64,000 bases of DNA from a virus (lineage: Duplodnaviria > Heunggongvirae > Uroviricota > Caudoviricetes). Shown here piece after piece: positions 1 through 9,316 of this stretch (positions are counted from its first letter, which is position 1; every line of letters begins with the position of its first letter). The translations under genes and the position numbers were made by a program. Location of the stretch: IMG/VR virus record IMGVR_UViG_3300043438_001962; one strand, written 5' to 3'. The notes under the pieces are model-generated. The model was not told where the DNA came from, did not search any database, and worked only from the letters and a program-made list of their open reading frames with translations.

Positions 1-570
1 TTATTTAAAGATAGTAGTTTGGTTTATCCGGTTCGTCGTCAAGCTTACAATTACCTTAAACAACGTGGGATTACCGATGAGATTATTGAGAAGTATGGTA
101 TTGGATTCTGTGATACGGGAGCATTCTCGGGGAGAATTATTATACCATCTTATGATAATAAAGGTGTATTAAATTATTTTATTGCAAGAAGTTGGGACGC
201 AAACTCAAGGGCAAAATATAAAAACCCCGAAGCGTCCAAAGATGAGATAATATTTTTTGAGAACACAATAAATTGGAATGAGGACATCCATCTTTGTGAA
301 GGTGCATTTGATGCTATATTCCTACCTAATAGTATTGCTATGTTAGGAAAACATATGTCCGAGTTATTACTTAACACGTTGTATGAGAAAGCGAATGGTA
401 ATATAATTATATGTCTCGACGCCGATGCGTGGTCAGACGCAGTTAAGTTATATCACAACCTAAATGGTGGTAAATTATATGGTAAAGTTAAAATAATAAA
501 ATTAACAGGTGATGCCGATGTTGCCGATTTAAGGGGTAACATCAGTGATTACTATTATAAAATAAAATAG
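1..570 (+). CDS. DNA primase, C-terminal TOPRIM portion (5' partial, continues upstream of window)
   Basis: The ORF is open to the window edge. TOPRIM-like acidic motifs are present (LCEGAFDAIFL, IICLDADAWSDA), giving DnaG/T7 gp4-primase-like architecture. Confidence 0.6.
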   Translation, partial: LFKDSSLVYPVRRQAYNYLKQRGITDEIIEKYGIGFCDTGAFSGRIIIPSYDNKGVLNYFIARSWDANSRAKYKNPEASKDEIIFFENTINWNEDIHLCEGAFDAIFLPNSIAMLGKHMSELLLNTLYEKANGNIIICLDADAWSDAVKLYHNLNGGKLYGKVKIIKLTGDADVADLRGNISDYYYKIK

Positions 571-1434
571 ATGATAGATTTAAATGAGGTTGCGAAAGAA
601 ATAAGAGGGTTATTAGATAAACGAAGAGAGGAACTTGAATTAACATTCGTTGAGGACACCCACACTTATTATATGAAGGATGAGACCGGAGTTATCAGAA
701 GTGATTATCCATCTGTTAGTAAGGTAATGAAATATTTCTACGAGGAGTTTGACACAGAAGGGATATCTTTTAAGAAAGCCAAAGGTGACCCTGAAGTTCA
801 ACAACAATTATTAGATGAATGGAAAGCTGCTGGTGACTATTCAACCAATATGGGAAGTAGGGTTCACTATATGTTAGAAAAGAAAACCATAGAGATGTTT
901 GGTGATTACAAAGAAGTAAGACAACCAATATTTGAATGTGACTTCACCCAAATATTAAAAGGTGATAGTATGATATCAGCCGGGGCGGCATACCTAAATC
1001 TTATGGTTGAGAGAGGTGCGGTGTTATTGGATACGGAGATTGTATTGGGAGACCCTGAATTAAAATATACCGGACAACCCGATAAGGTGTGGCTCATAAT
1101 GAATAAGGAACAAACAGAGTTTGGGCTAGTGATAACCGATTGGAAGTCAAACAAACCAAAGAACTTTGAGGAGAGTCATTTCACCAAAAAAATGTATTAC
1201 CCATTTGATAAATTACCAAATAACGCATTGGGTCACTACTTTACCCAATTACCATTTTATGGGAAACTTCTTATTAAGATGTTACAAGGAACAAAATACG
1301 AGAACATTAAATTGTATGGGTGTATTATTGTTCTTGTTAAGGAAATTGGTGAGTATGAAGAATTCCGTGTTCCAAAAGGAGTTCAAGAAACTATATTGGA
1401 AATGGATATGTCAAAGTATTTGACTAAAAAATAA
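571..1434 (+). CDS. PD-(D/E)XK family nuclease (phage exonuclease/RecB-like fold)
   Basis: A GQPD ... ITDWKSNK arrangement matches the P-D x(n) D-x-K catalytic core. The gene is immediately downstream of the primase and coupled to it with a 1-nt gap. Confidence 0.55.
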   Translation: MIDLNEVAKEIRGLLDKRREELELTFVEDTHTYYMKDETGVIRSDYPSVSKVMKYFYEEFDTEGISFKKAKGDPEVQQQLLDEWKAAGDYSTNMGSRVHYMLEKKTIEMFGDYKEVRQPIFECDFTQILKGDSMISAGAAYLNLMVERGAVLLDTEIVLGDPELKYTGQPDKVWLIMNKEQTEFGLVITDWKSNKPKNFEESHFTKKMYYPFDKLPNNALGHYFTQLPFYGKLLIKMLQGTKYENIKLYGCIIVLVKEIGEYEEFRVPKGVQETILEMDMSKYLTKK

Positions 1435-1462
1435 AAATTAACTAAATTTAAAATAAAAACAT

Positions 1463-1678
1463 ATGGACGATTTATTAAAACCAAAAATTGATTTAAAACA
1501 ACAACCGACATTAGTGTGTGAGGAGTGTGACGGAATCTACTTCAAGGAAGTAACAATGATAAAAAAAGTTAACAAATTGTTAACAGGAAGTCAGGAAGAC
1601 ACCATAGTTCCTTTCCCAACTTATAGATGTGACGATTGTGGTCATGTAAATGAAGATTTTAAATTATTTGATAAGTAA
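1463..1678 (+). CDS. small zinc-ribbon protein
   Basis: Two CxxC pairs are present (CEECDG ... CDDCGH). Confidence 0.4.
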   Translation: MDDLLKPKIDLKQQPTLVCEECDGIYFKEVTMIKKVNKLLTGSQEDTIVPFPTYRCDDCGHVNEDFKLFDK

Positions 1679-1866
1679 TGAGATTAATTAAACGACCTGA
1701 AGTTTGTGGTATCTGTACCGCATCATTGTGGTGGATACCAACAATGACTTACTTTATGCTGAAGATGAATGATATAATATCACCAAGTAAAGAATGGGTG
1801 TGGTGGGTAGCAATTCCTGTAATGTTTTTGATTTGGGTACTATTAAATTGGAAAATAAAAAAATAA
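1678..1866 (+). CDS. small hydrophobic membrane protein
   Basis: Two predicted TM segments are present. Its start overlaps the upstream stop (ATGA). Confidence 0.3.
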   Translation: MRLIKRPEVCGICTASLWWIPTMTYFMLKMNDIISPSKEWVWWVAIPVMFLIWVLLNWKIKK

Positions 1867-1867
1867 G

Positions 1868-2665
1868 ATGATAAAGAAATTAGTTCACTTTAGTGACTTA
1901 CATATAAGATTATTTAAAGACCACGATTTATATCGAGGAATCTTGAATGATATGTTGGTGCAATTCAAAGAGATTGCTCCGGACAGAATTGTTTTCACCG
2001 GAGATTTAGTTCACTCTAAAAATCAAATGACTCCTGAACTTATTGAGTTTGTTGCTTGGATTCTTACGGAGTGTTCTCAAATTGCTAAAACCATAGTTAT
2101 AATTGGAAACCACGACTTCTTAGAGAGTAACTCTTCAAGGTTGGACGCTCTTACACCAGTGATTGATTCATTGAAAAACGACAACATCGTTTATTTGAAG
2201 AACAGAGGTGAATACGAGGACGATAATGTTGATTGGGTGGTGTATTCATTACTTGACCATAACATTCCACCTGAGATTGAAAAAACGGGTAGATTAAAGA
2301 TAGGTTTATTCCACGGACCGGTTCAGGGATTAACAACCGATATTGGATATAAGTTTGAAACCGGATTTGAAACGGATAAGTTTAACGGATGTGATTTGGT
2401 ATTATGTGGTGATATTCACAAAAGACAAATCTTTAACATACCTGGTGGGAAGAAAGCATATATGGTCGGTTCAACAATCCAACAGAACTATGGTGAAACA
2501 ATAACCAAACACGGATTCGGAATCTACAATCTTGAATCAGATGATTATTCATTTGTTGATTTGGATAATCCAAAACCTTTCTTATCATTTAAAATGAAAT
2601 CATTTGATGATATAATAAACGGAACTGAAAAACTGGTTAACAGTGGAAGTCAAACTAACAACTAG
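1868..2665 (+). CDS. Mre11/SbcD-family nuclease (calcineurin-like metallophosphoesterase; T4 gp47-like)
   Basis: All five phosphoesterase motifs are present in order: DLH, GDLVH, GNHD, GLFHG and GDIH. Confidence 0.85.
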   Translation: MIKKLVHFSDLHIRLFKDHDLYRGILNDMLVQFKEIAPDRIVFTGDLVHSKNQMTPELIEFVAWILTECSQIAKTIVIIGNHDFLESNSSRLDALTPVIDSLKNDNIVYLKNRGEYEDDNVDWVVYSLLDHNIPPEIEKTGRLKIGLFHGPVQGLTTDIGYKFETGFETDKFNGCDLVLCGDIHKRQIFNIPGGKKAYMVGSTIQQNYGETITKHGFGIYNLESDDYSFVDLDNPKPFLSFKMKSFDDIINGTEKLVNSGSQTNN

Positions 2666-3266
2666 TCAATTAAAGTCAGTTCAAGAATATTGTAAGTTAA
2701 ACAATATTGAGGATGTAGATAATTTCATATCAAAATGTTTTACCGAAGGGTATAACATTAACAAATATGGGTTACTAGGTGGTGATTCAGAAAAAGTAAT
2801 GGAGATTGAAGTAATAAAAGAAATACGGGTGGAAGTACCGGTTGAAGTTATTAAAGAAGTTGAGGTGGTTAAAGAAGTTATTAAAGAAATAGTCAAGGAA
2901 GTTCCCGTTGAAACTATTAAAGAAGTTGAGGTTATCAAATATGTTGATAGAGAAGTTATTAAAGAAGTAAGAGTGGAAGTTCCTGTCCCAATTATAGATG
3001 AAATTGGGGGCAAACCTGAACCAATAATTGTGGAGAAAATAGTTGAGGTTGAGAAGATAGTTGAAGTAGAAAAGATTGTTGAGATTGAAAAACCAAACGA
3101 TAAAGTATTACTTCTTCAAGAAACTTTACAGACACTTAAAAAAGAACTATCTTTGAAAAACACAAAGATTGAAGAACTTGAAAATAAAAATAAACAATTA
3201 GAATCTATTGCGGTTAATCAAAAAGCTGTATATTTGAAAGGTTCTAACTTAAATGAAACAATGTAA
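2643..3266 (+). CDS. EV-rich tandem-repeat protein with C-terminal coiled coil
   Basis: It contains repeated EVIKEVEV / KEVPVE units encoded by tandem DNA repeats, followed by a heptad-like K/E/L tail. Confidence 0.5.
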   Translation: MEVKLTTSQLKSVQEYCKLNNIEDVDNFISKCFTEGYNINKYGLLGGDSEKVMEIEVIKEIRVEVPVEVIKEVEVVKEVIKEIVKEVPVETIKEVEVIKYVDREVIKEVRVEVPVPIIDEIGGKPEPIIVEKIVEVEKIVEVEKIVEIEKPNDKVLLLQETLQTLKKELSLKNTKIEELENKNKQLESIAVNQKAVYLKGSNLNETM

Positions 3267-3612
3267 TATGGTATTATTAATTTGGTTACTAGCGGCATAC
3301 GGAATGTCAAACATATTGGTCTATGGGTCAATATTTCAGGGATTAAGAAATTTTATAAAAGCGTGGGGTGAATCAGTATTACCTTTCAATGGGTTGGCTA
3401 AATTCATTGGGGATTTACTATCTTGTATGATGTGTACATCAACTTGGGTTGGTTTTTTCTTTGGAATTGCTTATTATTCCCCATCAACATCTTTGATTGG
3501 AACACCGACTTGGATTGGATGGTTCTTTGATGGGTTGATAGCGTCAGGGTTTGTATGGTCATTCAACTCGATGGTAGAATGGTTTGAAGAAAATAGACCA
3601 ACAAAAAATTAA
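3253..3612 (+). CDS. integral membrane protein (3-4 TM)
   Basis: It has hydrophobic W/F-rich segments and translationally overlaps the upstream gene. Confidence 0.4.
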   Translation: MKQCNMVLLIWLLAAYGMSNILVYGSIFQGLRNFIKAWGESVLPFNGLAKFIGDLLSCMMCTSTWVGFFFGIAYYSPSTSLIGTPTWIGWFFDGLIASGFVWSFNSMVEWFEENRPTKN

Positions 3613-3615
3613 GTT

Positions 3616-4143
3616 ATGGAAACTAAATTAGGTGATTTTGTAATTAAGTTTTTACAAGATAAAACAGAAACAAGAAAGATTATCAAGTGTGATGACTTTT
3701 TTCAGTTAATAAATGATATGGGTATTACTGATGATAGTGATGAAATTATAAGTATTATTAATTATTTAGAAGAAAACAATACAGATATTAACTTTCACGA
3801 AGCAAAAACTCAAAATTTTTACAATAGATTTAGAAATATTGAAAAAAAAGTTCAGATGTCTAAAATGTTAATAGGTTCTAAAACTGAAGTTCAAAAAATG
3901 ATTGAGAAGGTTGAGAGTGTTAAAGTTCAAGAAAGACCGGATTGGTTAGATTATTATAAAAATGAGGACGATGAAGATGAAACAAATGTTAATGGTATGC
4001 CAACATCAGATAGAGATAAAAATTTAGGTCAAGACATTATTGATAGACTGACTAGTGAGGTTAAGGAACGAATTGATAATGAACCGGGAATAACGTTAGA
4101 AGAAATACGAGAACAAATGAATAACGAAATAAATAACAATTAA
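3616..4143 (+). CDS. hypothetical acidic protein
   Basis: The ORF follows phage-like codon usage. No motif was recognised. Confidence 0.4.
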   Translation: METKLGDFVIKFLQDKTETRKIIKCDDFFQLINDMGITDDSDEIISIINYLEENNTDINFHEAKTQNFYNRFRNIEKKVQMSKMLIGSKTEVQKMIEKVESVKVQERPDWLDYYKNEDDEDETNVNGMPTSDRDKNLGQDIIDRLTSEVKERIDNEPGITLEEIREQMNNEINNN

Positions 4144-4155
4144 ATAAATACAATT

Positions 4156-4428
4156 ATGCCAAAGTCAAAATTACGTGGTGGTGCAAAGGCACACAAATTA
4201 AGAGTTGCAACAAGAAACAATGCGCTTAGAGGATTAAGAAAAAGAGCTCAAGCCGAGTATCAAGAAATGTTTGAAAAACAAATGGAAGAAATGAAAGCTC
4301 AATACCAAAATGAAAATGGTGAAATGGTGGATTTAAATACTGAAGTTGTTAGTGGTGATGTAATTGTTGGTGAAACAACTGACATTAACGTAACAGATGC
4401 TGAAGTTGTAACACCTGAAACTGTTTAG
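4156..4428 (+). CDS. hypothetical protein with a basic N-terminus and acidic C-terminus
   Basis: It begins MPKSKLRGGAKAHKLRVATRNNALRGLRKR. It may bind nucleic acid. Confidence 0.4.
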   Translation: MPKSKLRGGAKAHKLRVATRNNALRGLRKRAQAEYQEMFEKQMEEMKAQYQNENGEMVDLNTEVVSGDVIVGETTDINVTDAEVVTPETV

Positions 4429-4456
4429 ACATTCGTTAGACATTTTTTAGACATTC
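4425..4456. repeat. three direct TTAGACATT repeats spaced about one helical turn apart, immediately upstream of the rad50-like gene
   Basis: The sequence gtTTAGACATTcgTTAGACATTtttTTAGACATTca is visible between the stop at 4428 and the ATG at 4462. Confidence 0.6.
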
Positions 4457-4461
4457 AACCA

Positions 4462-6831
4462 ATGGATTTATTCAATCCCCCCATAGAATTTAATTACACA
4501 ATAATGATAAAAGATTTAGATATCACAAGTTTTGATAATCCTTACCTACAGATTGTATGGGAGGACTATGCTGAAAACTTTACACAAGAAAAAATAAAAA
4601 GTGTTCGTCATTACTTTCAAAAGAAGTACAACACAACCAATGTTAATGTTATTACAAAGACAAAGGTTGCTGACGACACCACACATACCGTAGACATATC
4701 CTTTAACATCTTGGATGAGAACTATCAATTAGAATTAGTTCGTTCATTCTTGGAGTCAAAAGGGAATATGGAACACTACGATGATATCTACCAACTTAAT
4801 AGTATTGTGGATAATAAATTGTTACAAACTCAAACTGATGCGGCTCCATTTAAGAGATGGTATATTAAGAACATTGAGTTCTCAAACTTTTTATCCTATG
4901 GTGAGAATCAGAAGATAGATTTTGAGAAGTGTGATGGGATTACGGTTGTGGAATCAAACCCGCCTAACTTTGGGGGTAAGACAGTTTTGACTGTGGATTT
5001 ATTGATGTTCTTATTCTTTAATGAGACAACCAAGACATCCAAAGCGGAGGAAATATTTAACAGGTTTACAGAAAGAAACAAAGTTGCCGTAAAAGGTGAG
5101 ATAACAATCGATGGTGAGGAGTACATCATATTGAGAAATATTGAGAGAAAGTTATCAAAGAAAAATGAATGGAACGTTAAAACCGAGTTGGACTTTTATA
5201 AAAGATTGTCTGATGGTAGTTTACAAAACTTCACCGGAGAACAACGAAGAGAGACCGAGGCGTTTATCAAAACGTCTATCGGAACCAAAGAGGACTTCTT
5301 AATGACCATTCTAACAACTGCCACCAACTTGGAGGAACTAATTGATGCCAAACCTACGGCGAGGGGTCAAGTTCTTTCAAGGTTTATGGGGTTAGATTTT
5401 CTTAAACGTAAGGAAGAAGCCGCCAAAGAAATTTATAGTGACTTCTCAAAAGGGATGTTATCGAACATCTATAACTCGGAACAACTTAAAACTGACAACC
5501 AAACTAATCAAGAAACCATTGATACCCTAACGGAAACTAATCTTACGTTAGATACTCAATTGGAAGACGTTAAAGGTAGAATTGTTAAGGGTCAGGAGTA
5601 TCGTGATGGATTATTAAAATCCAAACACAACATTGATAAGGAACTAACACTAGTGTCTCCGGACAAAGTTCAAGAGGAGATTAATGGATTGGATTTACAA
5701 AAGGGTAAAGCCATTTCCGATAGAGATGGGGTTAAGGTTATTGAACCATCTGAATTTTACCACGAGGACAAACACGATGAGGTAAAACAAGAGATTAAGG
5801 ACTTGATTACCAAACAAGCGGAGAACAATGCAAAGATTAAAAGCATCGAAGAACTTAAGAGTTCTGTTGATGGTGGAATCAAATGTGAACATTGTGGTAT
5901 TGAACTGATGAACGCGGCTATAACCAACGCAAAAATTGGTGAACTTGCCGGATTTATCACTCATAAAGACGAATTAGAGGGGTTAATGAGTGAATTAACC
6001 AACAAAGAAGAAGGTTTTGTTAATCTTAAAAAAGAGTTTGATGAGTATGAAAAAAACAAACTTATCAAAGAGAAATATGAATTAAGTGTTGAACGTTTCC
6101 AATTGATGATTGATTCATTGAAAACCAAATTGGAAAGATATTCTGAAGTTCAGGATAAGATTGTGGAAAACAATAAGACTGACGGGTTATTAATTAAAGC
6201 GGGAATCAGAATTGATGAACTTGAGGGTGAGAAGAAAACTATTGAAACTAGTATCTCAAACAATAAGTTCACCATTAAAACTCTAACCGATAAAATTAGT
6301 TCTAATTTGGAAACAATTAGAAAAATAGCGGAAGAGGCTGAAAGAGAAAGAATATACAAAATCTATTTGGAGATATTCGGTAAGAATGGGGTGACTAAAC
6401 TTATAATGAAAACAATGATGCCACTTATTAATAGTGAACTTCAACGATTGTTAGAAGATAGTTGTCACTTCAGATTAGAGGTTAAAATTAATGACAAGAA
6501 TGAGGTTGACTTCCTTATGATTGATAACAATACCCAAGTTGAGAAACCAATGTCTTCCGGTTCAGGATATGAAAGAACAATTGCATCACTAGCGTTAAGA
6601 GCGGTATTAAGTAAGATATGTTCATTACCAAGAGCAAATGTTGTTGTCTTTGATGAGGTTTTTGGAAAGATATCAAACGATAATTTGGAGATGGTATCAG
6701 AGTTCTTCACCAAGATTAAAGAATACTTTGAGAAGATATTTGTAATTACACATAATCCACTAGTGACGAATTGGTCGGATAATGTAGTAAGAATTAGAAA
6801 AGAAGAGAATATAAGTTATGTTTCTCAATAA
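4462..6831 (+). CDS. Rad50/SbcC-family SMC-like ATPase (T4 gp46-like)
   Basis: It has an N-terminal P-loop (NFGGKT), a long coiled coil with a central CxxC zinc hook (CEHCG), a signature-like SSGSGYER motif, a Walker B (VVVFDEVFG) and an H-loop (VITHNP). Confidence 0.85.
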   Translation: MDLFNPPIEFNYTIMIKDLDITSFDNPYLQIVWEDYAENFTQEKIKSVRHYFQKKYNTTNVNVITKTKVADDTTHTVDISFNILDENYQLELVRSFLESKGNMEHYDDIYQLNSIVDNKLLQTQTDAAPFKRWYIKNIEFSNFLSYGENQKIDFEKCDGITVVESNPPNFGGKTVLTVDLLMFLFFNETTKTSKAEEIFNRFTERNKVAVKGEITIDGEEYIILRNIERKLSKKNEWNVKTELDFYKRLSDGSLQNFTGEQRRETEAFIKTSIGTKEDFLMTILTTATNLEELIDAKPTARGQVLSRFMGLDFLKRKEEAAKEIYSDFSKGMLSNIYNSEQLKTDNQTNQETIDTLTETNLTLDTQLEDVKGRIVKGQEYRDGLLKSKHNIDKELTLVSPDKVQEEINGLDLQKGKAISDRDGVKVIEPSEFYHEDKHDEVKQEIKDLITKQAENNAKIKSIEELKSSVDGGIKCEHCGIELMNAAITNAKIGELAGFITHKDELEGLMSELTNKEEGFVNLKKEFDEYEKNKLIKEKYELSVERFQLMIDSLKTKLERYSEVQDKIVENNKTDGLLIKAGIRIDELEGEKKTIETSISNNKFTIKTLTDKISSNLETIRKIAEEAERERIYKIYLEIFGKNGVTKLIMKTMMPLINSELQRLLEDSCHFRLEVKINDKNEVDFLMIDNNTQVEKPMSSGSGYERTIASLALRAVLSKICSLPRANVVVFDEVFGKISNDNLEMVSEFFTKIKEYFEKIFVITHNPLVTNWSDNVVRIRKEENISYVSQ

Positions 6832-6835
6832 AAAT

Positions 6836-6870
6836 AATACCTATCAACAGTTGATAGGTATTATTTTTTT
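6836..6870 (+). terminator. rho-independent terminator
   Basis: A 12-bp stem (ATACCTATCAAC / GTTGATAGGTAT) is followed by a T-run. Confidence 0.7.
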
Positions 6871-6896
6871 GTCTATTTTTTTAAAAAAATAATAAT

Positions 6897-7487
6897 ATGA
6901 ATTATAAAGAAGTTGAAAATATTTTAAATCAATATAATGATTGGGATATTTTGATAGTTAGTGATGATGGTAGGAGGAATTCTCAAGATAGTGAAGAAGA
7001 GATTTGTAAAAAAATTAATGAAAGATTAAAACTTACTAAAATAAAAACACGCAATAGGGAAGAAAATGATTTATATATTTCAAATGGTGAAGATTTAAAA
7101 TGTGTAGAGCCGGGTAATTTCACGAATACAATTTGTTTTACTAAATTAGCTAAGATGTTAAATTTAGACGGTACAACTAATAAATTGATATCTAAATCGT
7201 ATAAGGATAAAAAAAATAAAAATGAGATTAAATTAGTTAGTGATTATCAAATTGTTTTTTTTAATAAACAAACAAAAAAATTTTTAATTTGTTCTTTAAC
7301 TCAATTACCTTTAGATTGTATAATAGTTAATCCGTCTAATGGAATACAAACTAAAATACCAACAATTTCATTAATTGAAAGAACTAACGAAGAAAAATTT
7401 AATTTAGTTCATAATCTATTTATTGAATATATAAATAAACGAATTTTAAATCCTGCTAAAGAGTGGGAAAATTTAATTAATGGTTAA
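6897..7487 (+). CDS. hypothetical protein in a low-GC cassette; candidate partner (restriction or control component) of the adjacent methyltransferase
   Basis: Its GC content is markedly lower than the flanking genes. It overlaps the downstream MTase by 8 nt. A weak D ... (N/Q)xK pattern is present (VSDYQIVFFNKQTKK). Confidence 0.35.
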   Translation: MNYKEVENILNQYNDWDILIVSDDGRRNSQDSEEEICKKINERLKLTKIKTRNREENDLYISNGEDLKCVEPGNFTNTICFTKLAKMLNLDGTTNKLISKSYKDKKNKNEIKLVSDYQIVFFNKQTKKFLICSLTQLPLDCIIVNPSNGIQTKIPTISLIERTNEEKFNLVHNLFIEYINKRILNPAKEWENLING

Positions 7488-8748
7488 TAATTTAAAAAAA
7501 AGTAGGGGACAATTTTTCACAACAAAAAATAGAGTTTTAAATGTGTTAATTAGTTTAATAAAAAATGATGGTAGTGTATTGGAACCATCTGCGGGTGAGG
7601 GTCATATTGTTTTAGAGATTGAAAAAAAATTAAATAGAAATGTCTTATCAGTGGAGTTAGATGTTGATAAGGTTAATTCTAAAGTATGTAAATCTGAAAT
7701 AAGTGTTGATAATTTTTTTAATTTTATAAAAACTTGTGGAACATTTGATTCAATCGTTGGTAACCCACCTTTTGTTAAACTAAAAAATGTTGAACAAGAC
7801 ACTATTGATTTGTTACCGGAAAAAATTCCTGGTAATGGAAATTTATATTATTTTTTTATTAAGTATTGTGTTAATTTATTATCTGATGGAGGGGAGTTAA
7901 TATTTATTGTTCCGAAAGAATGGTTATATAATGTGAGTTCTAAATTTGTGAGAGAATTTTTAAAAGACAATGGTAATTTTTCACATTTCATTGATTGCGG
8001 TGAAGAAAAATTATTTGATGATGCTGATGTACCTGCCTTATGTATTTTTAGGTATGTTAAAAATTATAGTGGTGATTTTAAATATTATGAAACATTGGAT
8101 GATTATAGTTTAGATAAATTTGTAAATAAAAAAGTAGTATATAATAATACTATTTCTTTTTGTAATGAAATCCGAACAGGAAATACAATTTCTGATTTTT
8201 TTGATGTTAAAGTTGGTTTAGTTACCGGAGCGGAAAAAATATTTAAACTAAATAATAATATTGATTTACCGGATAATTCAATAATTCAAATCATTGGTAC
8301 AAATAAGGAAGTTTCTAATTATCTTTTTGTGGATAATTATGATGTTTTTGGTGAATTATCTGAAGAAGTAAAAAATTATCTTACACCTCATAAAGAAAAA
8401 TTAATTAAAAGAAAAATTAGTAATTTTACTGAAAAAAATTGGTGGAAATATGGTGCTCTCCGTAATTTTAATTTAATGAAATCGAATAAAAAAAGAATTT
8501 ATGGTATTATGAAAACTAGAGATACTCATATTTTTTGGGTAGGAAATGTTAATGAATTTTTTGGTGGTGGTATTATAGGTTTATTTTTAAAAGATAATAT
8601 TGATATAAATTTAGATAACGCGGTGAATTTTTTAAACTCAAATGAGTTTAGAAATATTATGAAAGAAAATAATATGTGTTCAAATAATAAAGTTTCAATT
8701 ACTCCTTCAGTTTTATCTAGTTTACCATTTACAAATTTAGATAATTAA
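7480..8748 (+). CDS. gamma-class N6-adenine DNA methyltransferase (TaqI/Eco57I-like, N6_Mtase family)
   Basis: The motif order is GQFFTT (X), then LEPSAGEGH (I), then VGNPPF (IV). At 422 aa the size is similar to M.TaqI. The gene is extremely AT-rich. Confidence 0.75.
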   Translation: MVNNLKKSRGQFFTTKNRVLNVLISLIKNDGSVLEPSAGEGHIVLEIEKKLNRNVLSVELDVDKVNSKVCKSEISVDNFFNFIKTCGTFDSIVGNPPFVKLKNVEQDTIDLLPEKIPGNGNLYYFFIKYCVNLLSDGGELIFIVPKEWLYNVSSKFVREFLKDNGNFSHFIDCGEEKLFDDADVPALCIFRYVKNYSGDFKYYETLDDYSLDKFVNKKVVYNNTISFCNEIRTGNTISDFFDVKVGLVTGAEKIFKLNNNIDLPDNSIIQIIGTNKEVSNYLFVDNYDVFGELSEEVKNYLTPHKEKLIKRKISNFTEKNWWKYGALRNFNLMKSNKKRIYGIMKTRDTHIFWVGNVNEFFGGGIIGLFLKDNIDINLDNAVNFLNSNEFRNIMKENNMCSNNKVSITPSVLSSLPFTNLDN

Positions 8749-8750
8749 AA

Positions 8751-9278
8751 ATGAAACAATTAAACTATAAAAGAAAGGGGGAGGTTCATTCTCCTCTCCT
8801 TTATTGGACTACTGACGATAGAACCTCCATAGCTATCTATCAGGGTGTAAGGGGTGAGAATCCGGAACTTGACTTTATTGTGAAATATAAGGAAGAGGGT
8901 AAAAGATTGAGAACTCCATCACATACACATTGGATTGTTGATTTATTGGTTAAGGCTGAACACAATAAAGAATTATTATTATCTTATGTTAATAATTTGA
9001 TTTTGATTTATGAAAACTCTGAACCATTTAATTGTGTTGAAGAAAGAGATACTTATGAATTAAGACATAATTATGTTATGGATTTAAGGTATAATGAGTT
9101 AAATGGTTGTGGGTACTACAGTATTTCTACTTTGACGGCATTTATTGAGTTATTTTCAATTTGTGAAAAACAAACAACCGGGGCGTTTATGTTCAAAGGG
9201 TTACTTGAAATGGTTAAAGAATATTGTGAAGGGAAAAAAGATTTTTACCAAATAGTTGGTTATTCCAAAAGAGTTTAG
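8751..9278 (+). CDS. hypothetical protein with higher GC than the preceding cassette genes
   Basis: It is a third compositionally distinct ORF lying between the MTase and the sigma-factor operon promoter. Confidence 0.4.
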   Translation: MKQLNYKRKGEVHSPLLYWTTDDRTSIAIYQGVRGENPELDFIVKYKEEGKRLRTPSHTHWIVDLLVKAEHNKELLLSYVNNLILIYENSEPFNCVEERDTYELRHNYVMDLRYNELNGCGYYSISTLTAFIELFSICEKQTTGAFMFKGLLEMVKEYCEGKKDFYQIVGYSKRV

Positions 9279-9286
9279 TACTTTTG
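9256..9286 (+). promoter_or_regulatory. Bacteroidetes-type sigma-A promoter (TTG N20 TACTTTTG)
   Basis: A TTG at 9256-9258 and TACTTTTG at 9279-9286 sit upstream of the ATG at 9317. Confidence 0.5.
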
Positions 9287-9316
9287 TAACATAATTTAAA
9301 TTTAAACGTATAACGT

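Noticed and set aside
174-1423. Embedded ORFs 174..377(-), 906..1154(-) and 1166..1423(+).
   Set aside because: They lie entirely inside the primase and PD-(D/E)XK nuclease genes in other frames, and the motif evidence supports the longer genes.
2681-3013. Minus-strand ORF (110 aa, STGTS-rich) and similar ORFs at 11404..11724 and 11492..11731.
   Set aside because: They are complementary-frame artefacts of the EV-rich tandem coding repeats on the plus strand. They show low-complexity translation, no start context and lie fully inside better-supported genes.
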